This document shows positions 1 through 5,732 of a DNA stretch of 7,241 bases, piece after piece. Origin of the DNA: Fastidiosibacter lacustris (lineage in GTDB: Bacteria > Pseudomonadota > Gammaproteobacteria > Francisellales > Francisellaceae); NCBI RefSeq assembly GCF_003428155.1, contig NZ_QLIR01000032.1, forward strand, positions 1 through 7,241, written 5' to 3'. The first letter of the stretch is position 1; the number at the start of each line of letters is the position of its first letter. The notes under the pieces are model-generated. The model searched no databases and was not told the origin of the DNA. It saw nothing but the letters and a program-made list of their open reading frames with translations. Both the position numbers and the translations under genes were made by a program.

Positions 1-335
1 GATACTTGAGTATCGTCAAGTATGTATCTAATCCTTTCATCAGGATAACTGGGGTCAATCGGCACATAGGCAGCCCCTGATTTTAAAATTCCCAAGATGC
101 CTATAATTATTTCTAAGCTTTTATCTAAGCATAAAGCAATCAAGGTATCTGGTTTGATCTCAGCAAGTGATCGCAAGTATTTTGCCAGTTGATTGGCTTT
201 GGCATTGAGTTCAGCATACTTTAATTGTTGATCTTCAAATACCACGGCAACGTTATTTGGTGCCTTTTCAACTTGTTCTTCAAATAATTGATAAATGGTT
301 TTATCTTTTGGATAGGGTTTATCGGTTTTGTTCCA
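1..335 (-). other. NRPS adenylation domain 2, N-terminal fragment only
   Basis: Reads WNKTDKPYPKDKTIYQLFEEQVEKAPNNVAVVFEDQQLKYAELNAKANQLAKYLRS...GAAYVPIDPSYPDERIRYILDDTQV, ending at the window edge. The specificity pocket lies outside the window. Confidence 0.9.
1..335. repeat. Intragenic direct repeat, copy A (start of A domain 2)
   Basis: Aligns without gaps to 3202..3536 (offset 3201). The stretch 121..335 differs from 3322..3536 at about 6 positions by my hand count; 1..120 is more diverged. Confidence 0.9.
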
Positions 336-3300
336 TTGATGTATTATTTTATGGAGTTCTGCTTCTGGTATTTTTGCTAACGTTTTATTGTTATCAATAT
401 TCCCACATTGGTTAATGTAGTATAAAAAATATCGTTTTAATTTTGTTATTGTTTGTCGATCTATAAAATAATTGTGTCCTAATAATTCGACTGTAAATTC
501 ATTTCCTTGCCTGAAAATGTTTAAAACAAAAGGAATATTCGTTTTTTCGAACCTTTTATATTCTTCTATTTTTCTATTTTGATATTGCTCTTCTATAGAA
601 TGAAAATGGACATAATTGAAGGCAAATTGGTATAAATCATCCTCTTGTAATAAATCAGATTTAATTTTTCCGTAAGGATATATTTTATATAAATTGATTA
701 ATTCTTGATTTCTCCTTGTCTCATCAATTAGAGCTTGTATAGACTGATTTATAATATTTTGTTTAATCGGGATTGTATTAAGGTGAAGACCAAATAATTT
801 ATCTCCCCCTGTCTTTTCCAACCGATTATTGACAACTAATCCTACAATAACTTCTTGGTTAGCAGTGAAAGTAGAAACTAAAATTTGATACAGAGCTAAA
901 AAAACCAGATTAATTGGTATGTTGAATTTTTGAGCTATATTAAAAATAATTTTGTTCTGTGTGTCATTTAGTTTGAAAAACTGTGTATTTAAGTTATTTG
1001 TAAACATTAAAGAGTTATTTAACTTTAAATTAACAGTTAGGAATTGACTGTCATCGAAATATTTTTGCCAGAATTTCACGTTACTTTTGTCCGTGATTGC
1101 ATTTTGCTCATTTGAAACAAATTCACCATAGTAAGGTAGTTCATCTAACTCAATTTTTTTGTTATCAATATACGCAGTTGTGAATTCTGAAATTAAAGAT
1201 GTAATACTCCAGCCATCTGAAATAGCATGATGAAAAGAAAATATTAATTTAAACGAATTTGGCAAGATACTAGTAATAATTACCCTGAATAAACCAACTT
1301 CATTGATTTTGAAAGCATTGTACCTTTCTTCAACAAAATATTTATCAAATGCATCATGCAAATAAATATTCACTTTGTCTTTAACCTTAGCACCATGTTT
1401 ATGTTGGATTGCGACATACCCATAGGTTTTGTCTTTTACAAAACTAGTTCTTAATAGAGAGTGCTTTCGAATTAAGTCTTCAAATACGTTGATTATCTTA
1501 ACACAATCAAGGTTATCATTTATTTGATATGAGAACACATCGTGATAGGTACCATCATTATTTGATCGCTCTTGTTCAAAAAACATGCCTTTCTGTAAAT
1601 ATGAAACCGGGTATATATCTTCAATATCTTCATACAATAAACCACTGTTCTGAAGCACTTGTTTTTGTCCTGCTTTGTCAATCAGTGAAAGTGGGTAATA
1701 TATATCGTTAGAAGGTATATTATATAGTTTTGCTTTTTTCACAATCTTATTAATAGTTCTATAAATAAAAATATCACGCACTGAAATATTAATTCCTAAA
1801 TGCTTTGCTTTCGAAACAACTCTTATACTTAAAATCGAATCTCCACCTATTCTGAAGAAGTCATCATCTATTCCGATTTGTTTAAGCTCTAATACATCTT
1901 GCCATATTTTACATAGTTGATTTTCTATTGAATTTCTTGGAGCAGTAAAAGAATGTTTATTTGTTTTAAATAATGAGACCGGAAATGCTTTTTTATCTAA
2001 CTTGCCATTAATTGTTAATGGAAATTTTTTCATGTGTATAAAAGCGTTTGGTATCATATAGTCAGGCAAGACTTTTATTAAGTGACTAATTAATTCATTT
2101 TCGTCTATTGGATTCTTGCTGACATAATAAGCGGTTAAATAAAATTTATTTCCAAGGTTGTTTTTATCTTTTTTGTTGCCTAAAACGCAGGCTTGTCTAA
2201 TGCCTTTAAAATTTAACAGGTTATTTTCAATTTCGCCAATTTCTATTCTTAGCCCATTGATTTTAATCTGTGTATCGTTTCTTCCAAGGTACTCTAAATT
2301 CCCATTACTAAGCCATCTGACTAAATCACCTGTTTTATATAATTGATCATAACCATTTATTTTATCCTCTTCATCCGCAAAAGGATTTTCAACAAATTTT
2401 TCAGCAGTAAGCTCAGGTTGATTCAAATAGCCACTAGCAACGCCATTACCTCCAATGTAAAGTTCACCAACTACCCCCATCGGAACAACTTGTTTATATT
2501 TATCTAGAACATAAAGCTTTGTGTTTTGTATAGGTTTTCCAATTGGAATTATGGTTTCTGTAGATCTTATGTCATTATATGCACTAACATCTATAGTTGC
2601 TTCAGTTGGTCCATATAAGTTATTTAAGCAAATAGATGGATAGAGAGTTTTAAAACGTCTCGATATTTGATGTGGTAATGCCTCTCCACTACAAAATACA
2701 TCTGTTACACTATTTAATAATCTTTCAGTTACACTTAATTGCTCAACATGATCTAAATAAAGTTGAAGCATACTTGGTACAAAATGCAATTTAGTGATGC
2801 CAACTTGTTTAATTAGTATATGTAGATATTGGGGGTATTTATGATTATCAGGTTTTGTAAATACCAATTGTGCGCCACATAGAAGCGGCAGTAGTAATTC
2901 CCATACTGACACATCAAAACCATATGGTGTTTTTTGTAGAATTTTATCCGAACTATTAAAATGATATTCAGATTGTTGCCACAGTAAACGGTTTACTAGA
3001 GATTTATGGGTGATTAATGTTCCTTTCGGATTTCCTGTTGTTCCGGAGGTATAAATCACATAAGCCAGATCATGAGAGGTATTTTGAGACAGTAGATTAT
3101 CGAAAGGGAAACCTTTATAACTGTTACTATCCAGTGGTATGAGTTGACTATTTGTCATCATTTTAAGCCTTGATAGGTAATGCGATTGTGTCAACAATAA
3201 AGATGCTCGCGTATCATTCAGTATGTATCTAATCCTTTCATCAGGATAACTAGGATCAATCGGTACATAAGCTGCTCCTGCTTTAAGAATGCCAACAATA

Positions 3301-4799
3301 CCAATTATCATTTCCAAGCTTTTATCTAGACATAAAGCAATCAAGGTATCTGGTTTAATTTCAGTAAGTGATCGCAAGTATTTTGCCAGTTGATTGGCTT
3401 TGGCATTGAGTTCAGCATACTTTAATTGTTGATCTTCAAATACCACGGCAACGTTATTTGGTGCCTTTTCAACTTGTTCTTCAAATAATTGATAAATGGT
3501 TTTACCTTTTGGATAGGGTTTATCGGTTTTGTTCCAATCGTATAATATACGTTTTTTTTGTTCTGGTGGTATTAATTCATAATGACATAATGGCTGATCT
3601 GAATCTGCTATTACTGTTTTGAGAAGCATTTCAAGGTATTGAATAAAATAGTCAGGAATATAGGTAGTATCATAACTTACCTCATACACCATTGAAGTTT
3701 TATCATAGGCAAAAAATAAAGTATTTAGTTTACCGCCATAAAAGAAATTCTTACTTTCTAATTCAATTCCACTCAATTCTATCTCTTGAGAGAGAAGGTA
3801 AGTTTCGACAACGGAAACATTTGGGGAAAAATCAATATCTAATGATTCTTTGATTTCTTCAAATGGAATAATTTGATAAGGTTTGTTTTGTTGATATTGC
3901 TCATATATTTTCTTTAGTAATTCCGCAAATGTCATTTCTCCAGATAATTGAATCTGCATTGGAAACATACTGACAAAATAACCAACGATTTTACTAAATT
4001 CAGTCGGACGTATGTTTTTAGGATAGGACACAACTAAGTCATTTAAATGAAAACATCTCAATACAAACGTACTGATTAAGGCATTGAAAAATATAAATGG
4101 TGTTGTCTTATGCGTTTTAAGTAGCTTACTTAAAATTTTAGGGTCAATATTAACTCGCTTACGATTGATTTGCCCTGTGTCATCATGGTTATATTTAACA
4201 AGATCATTTTGATTGCATCCTTGAAGATAGTGCTGCCAATAATCAATGGTTTCTTTTTTACTTTTGGCAATGATTTCTTCTTCATAATCTAAGTAATCAG
4301 CCAATTGATAGGTTTGAAATTGGGTAATGGCATCCAATCCCTCATTATAAAGCTTTTCAAATACTTGACTAAATATTGTCGTGGTTAGTCCATCTGAAAT
4401 AATATGATGCCAGACAAACTGAAAATAATACTGATCATGATCTGTTTTAATCAGTATGGCTCTAAATAGCCAGTCCTTTTCAAGATCAAAAGGCTTGGCT
4501 CTTAATTGTTCAAGTGCAGCAAGAATTTCATCTTGAGTAGAATGGTATAATTCCTGATAAATCACATCTCCATCAAAGCGATCAAGGATGATTTGATTTG
4601 CTTCGCCGTCCTTTTCAATAAACCGTGTTTTAAAAGCTTCAAAATAATTACCAATTGTTTGATATATTGCTGCAAACTTGTCTCTATCTAAGTTACCCCT
4701 AACTTGATATGAAATCGCAATATTATAATTATCCGCATAAGGATTAAGTTTGTAGGCATACCACAGTTCTTCCTGCTGCTTTGTTAATTTAAGAGTCAT
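1..4799 (-). CDS. Nonribosomal peptide synthetase, N-terminal part (C-A-PCP-C-A...), 3' end beyond the left window edge
   Basis: Minus-strand reading starts at ATG (4797..4799): MTLKLTKQQEELWYAYKLNPYADNYNIAISYQVRG... It is preceded by an SD-like GGGGAG 6 nt upstream (4806..4811). Motifs read in one frame: HHIISDG (4389..4409), YIYTSGTTGNPKG, GFDVSVWELLLPLL, NNLYGPTEATID, YKTGDLVRW, NGKLDKKAFP, DDDFFRIGGDSI (GGDS at 1836..1847), HHAISDGW (1212..1232), then a second A-domain start ending at the window edge. The codon frame is the same at 4799, 4409, 3536, 1838, 1232 and at the left edge. Confidence 0.95.
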   Translation of the reverse strand, partial: MTLKLTKQQEELWYAYKLNPYADNYNIAISYQVRGNLDRDKFAAIYQTIGNYFEAFKTRFIEKDGEANQIILDRFDGDVIYQELYHSTQDEILAALEQLRAKPFDLEKDWLFRAILIKTDHDQYYFQFVWHHIISDGLTTTIFSQVFEKLYNEGLDAITQFQTYQLADYLDYEEEIIAKSKKETIDYWQHYLQGCNQNDLVKYNHDDTGQINRKRVNIDPKILSKLLKTHKTTPFIFFNALISTFVLRCFHLNDLVVSYPKNIRPTEFSKIVGYFVSMFPMQIQLSGEMTFAELLKKIYEQYQQNKPYQIIPFEEIKESLDIDFSPNVSVVETYLLSQEIELSGIELESKNFFYGGKLNTLFFAYDKTSMVYEVSYDTTYIPDYFIQYLEMLLKTVIADSDQPLCHYELIPPEQKKRILYDWNKTDKPYPKGKTIYQLFEEQVEKAPNNVAVVFEDQQLKYAELNAKANQLAKYLRSLTEIKPDTLIALCLDKSLEMIIGIVGILKAGAAYVPIDPSYPDERIRYILNDTRASLLLTQSHYLSRLKMMTNSQLIPLDSNSYKGFPFDNLLSQNTSHDLAYVIYTSGTTGNPKGTLITHKSLVNRLLWQQSEYHFNSSDKILQKTPYGFDVSVWELLLPLLCGAQLVFTKPDNHKYPQYLHILIKQVGITKLHFVPSMLQLYLDHVEQLSVTERLLNSVTDVFCSGEALPHQISRRFKTLYPSICLNNLYGPTEATIDVSAYNDIRSTETIIPIGKPIQNTKLYVLDKYKQVVPMGVVGELYIGGNGVASGYLNQPELTAEKFVENPFADEEDKINGYDQLYKTGDLVRWLSNGNLEYLGRNDTQIKINGLRIEIGEIENNLLNFKGIRQACVLGNKKDKNNLGNKFYLTAYYVSKNPIDENELISHLIKVLPDYMIPNAFIHMKKFPLTINGKLDKKAFPVSLFKTNKHSFTAPRNSIENQLCKIWQDVLELKQIGIDDDFFRIGGDSILSIRVVSKAKHLGINISVRDIFIYRTINKIVKKAKLYNIPSNDIYYPLSLIDKAGQKQVLQNSGLLYEDIEDIYPVSYLQKGMFFEQERSNNDGTYHDVFSYQINDNLDCVKIINVFEDLIRKHSLLRTSFVKDKTYGYVAIQHKHGAKVKDKVNIYLHDAFDKYFVEERYNAFKINEVGLFRVIITSILPNSFKLIFSFHHAISDGWSITSLISEFTTAYIDNKKIELDELPYYGEFVSNEQNAITDKSNVKFWQKYFDDSQFLTVNLKLNNSLMFTNNLNTQFFKLNDTQNKIIFNIAQKFNIPINLVFLALYQILVSTFTANQEVIVGLVVNNRLEKTGGDKLFGLHLNTIPIKQNIINQSIQALIDETRRNQELINLYKIYPYGKIKSDLLQEDDLYQFAFNYVHFHSIEEQYQNRKIEEYKRFEKTNIPFVLNIFRQGNEFTVELLGHNYFIDRQTITKLKRYFLYYINQCGNIDNNKTLAKIPEAELHKIIHQWNKTDKPYPKDKTIYQLFEEQVEKAPNNVAVVFEDQQLKYAELNAKANQLAKYLRSLAEIKPDTLIALCLDKSLEIIIGILGILKSGAAYVPIDPSYPDERIRYILDDTQV
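370..1640 (-). other. NRPS condensation domain 2 (approximate limits)
   Basis: EDIYPVSYLQKGMFFEQERSNN... start, HHAISDGWSITSLISEF at 1212..1232, and GLVVNNRLEK...GLHLNTIPI. Confidence 0.88.
1740..1945 (-). other. NRPS peptidyl carrier (thiolation) domain 1
   Basis: NSIENQLCKIWQDVLELKQIGIDDDFFRIGGDSILSIRVVSKAKHLG. The phosphopantetheinylation Ser lies in GGDS (1836..1847). Confidence 0.93.
1981..3515 (-). other. NRPS adenylation domain 1, predicted serine-activating (approximate limits)
   Basis: Motifs AYVIYTSGTTGNPKGTLITH, PYGFDVSVWELLLPLL, GITKLHFVPSML, DVFCSGEALP, LNNLYGPTEATIDV, GELYIGGNGVASGY, YKTGDLVRW, PLTINGKLDKKAFP. Aligning the pocket by eye gives D235 V236 W239 H278 F299 S301 L322 I330 D331 K517, close to the published Ser codes (e.g. 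EntF DVWHFSLVDK). Confidence 0.88.
3202..3536. repeat. Intragenic direct repeat, copy B (start of A domain 1)
   Basis: Partner of 1..335. The identity stops abruptly at the ...GTTCCA / WNKTDKPYP junction. Confidence 0.9.
3590..4790 (-). other. NRPS condensation domain 1 (approximate limits)
   Basis: N-terminal LTKQQEELWYAYKLNP, catalytic HHxxxDG motif as HHIISDG at 4389..4409, and YWQHYLQG. Confidence 0.9.
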
Positions 4800-4805
4800 T
4801 TCGCT

Positions 4806-4811
4806 CTCCCC
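4806..4811 (-). promoter_or_regulatory. Putative ribosome binding site for the NRPS gene
   Basis: Minus strand GGGGAG-AGCGAA-ATG, 6 nt spacing. Confidence 0.6.
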
Positions 4812-5402
4812 ATTTTTGACTATAAATTTTATGCATATAATAGAGTAAAATAAGATCAGAAGCCCAACAAATTTGTAACAAGTGGTTTTATTTTGATGTA
4901 TTTAATCCACTTTGAAACATCTACTGCAAGGCATGGAGGAAAAACGCCGAGCCAATGCTCTTTTTAAAAGTACAAAAAACATCAATTTGATGAATAAAAA
5001 TTAGTTGCATTATAGTTGAACTTGGGTAGTATAACGATTCGCTTCTCAAGAGAAGAGCTGTTTTAGATATAAGTGATTAATTGAGTCATCTCCTTGCTGA
5101 TTTGGTAAATCCTTTTTTGTCGGGTGGAAAGGAGGTTGCGATTAAGAAATGGGGGTCTCTTAATAATGATTCAAAATTGATAGTATCAATCATGTTATTT
5201 TATTTCAACAACTTTTGTTGGATAAATTTTTCTATTTAAACATTACTGAAATAGATGCCTATCCTAAGATATTAAATAGACACCGATGCTATAAAACCGC
5301 GATTCTGTATTTAATAAATACTCATTTTTAAGGTTAGACTAATACAATTAACACGACAAAATCCTTTGGTAATTGGTCTGACAGTTTACCTTGGTAATGA
5401 CA

Positions 5403-5720
5403 TTAATACAACTCAATCGAAGTAACCTCTCCACACGCTATTGTTTTCCCTTCCCACAACGTAAAGCGCGTTCCAACTTTTAACCGCGGAATCACCTCGT
5501 CTGGTGAAAGAAACACTATTCTAATATTCTCCACGGTATCTCCTAGCGAGATGGGTTTACCATACTCTTGGACAAGCAAACGGCAATCGTAAGCATGCTT
5601 TGCAACTTCTGGAACATTTTCAACGTACATTGGGCATCCAAAATTCATCGCTGGTATAGCTTGTGAGCGACCACCTTCCTCAGTGTTAAGAAGCGTTATT
5701 TTCGCAAAAATACCTTTCAT
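5403..5720 (-). CDS. Small 105 aa protein resembling EF-Tu domain III; candidate immunity protein for the upstream Rhs toxin tip
   Basis: ORF MKGIFAKITLLNTEEGGRSQAIPAMNFGCPMYVENVP...GKPISLGDTVENIRIVFLSPDEVIPRLKVGTRFTLWEGKTIACGEVTSIELY. By eye it parallels EF-Tu domain III (F.aevyvLskdEGGRhtPf...PGDnvkmvv.li.p.....G.RFaiREGgrtvgaGvV). Its position directly after the toxin stop and its SD overlapping that stop support coupled expression. Confidence 0.85.
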   Translation of the reverse strand: MKGIFAKITLLNTEEGGRSQAIPAMNFGCPMYVENVPEVAKHAYDCRLLVQEYGKPISLGDTVENIRIVFLSPDEVIPRLKVGTRFTLWEGKTIACGEVTSIELY

Positions 5721-5727
5721 ATCTGAA

Positions 5728-5732
5728 TCCTT
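5728..5732 (-). promoter_or_regulatory. Shine-Dalgarno of the 105 aa gene, overlapping the stop codon of the Rhs gene
   Basis: Minus strand reads CCATAAGGATTCAGATATG: TAA stop (5731..5733), AAGGA (5728..5732), 7 nt spacing to ATG (5718..5720). Confidence 0.75.

Noticed and set aside
1529-1711. Plus-strand ORF of 60 aa in the supplied track
   Set aside because: Lies antisense within the PCP-C2 part of the continuous NRPS reading frame and has no recognisable motif.
2158-2346. Plus-strand ORF of 62 aa in the supplied track
   Set aside because: Antisense to the conserved A-domain 1 C-terminal motifs of the NRPS; low-complexity hydrophobic composition from AT-rich antisense sequence.
4933-5004. 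Short plus-strand reading MEEKRRANALFKSTKNINLMNKN, considered as a gene or transposase remnant
   Set aside because: Only about 23 aa, no supporting ribosome binding site or family match I can name.
5176-5190. Possible Fur box upstream of a siderophore-like NRPS
   Set aside because: The palindrome ATTGATAGTATCAAT has 7-1-7 geometry but does not match the Fur consensus (TGATAATnATTATCA), and it lies ~380 nt from the NRPS start.
5206-5220. CAACAA-CTT-TTGTTG hairpin considered as a rho-independent terminator for the toxin-immunity operon
   Set aside because: The stem is short and AT-rich, and there is no adjacent T-tract on the minus strand (it is followed by GAAATAAAATAAC).
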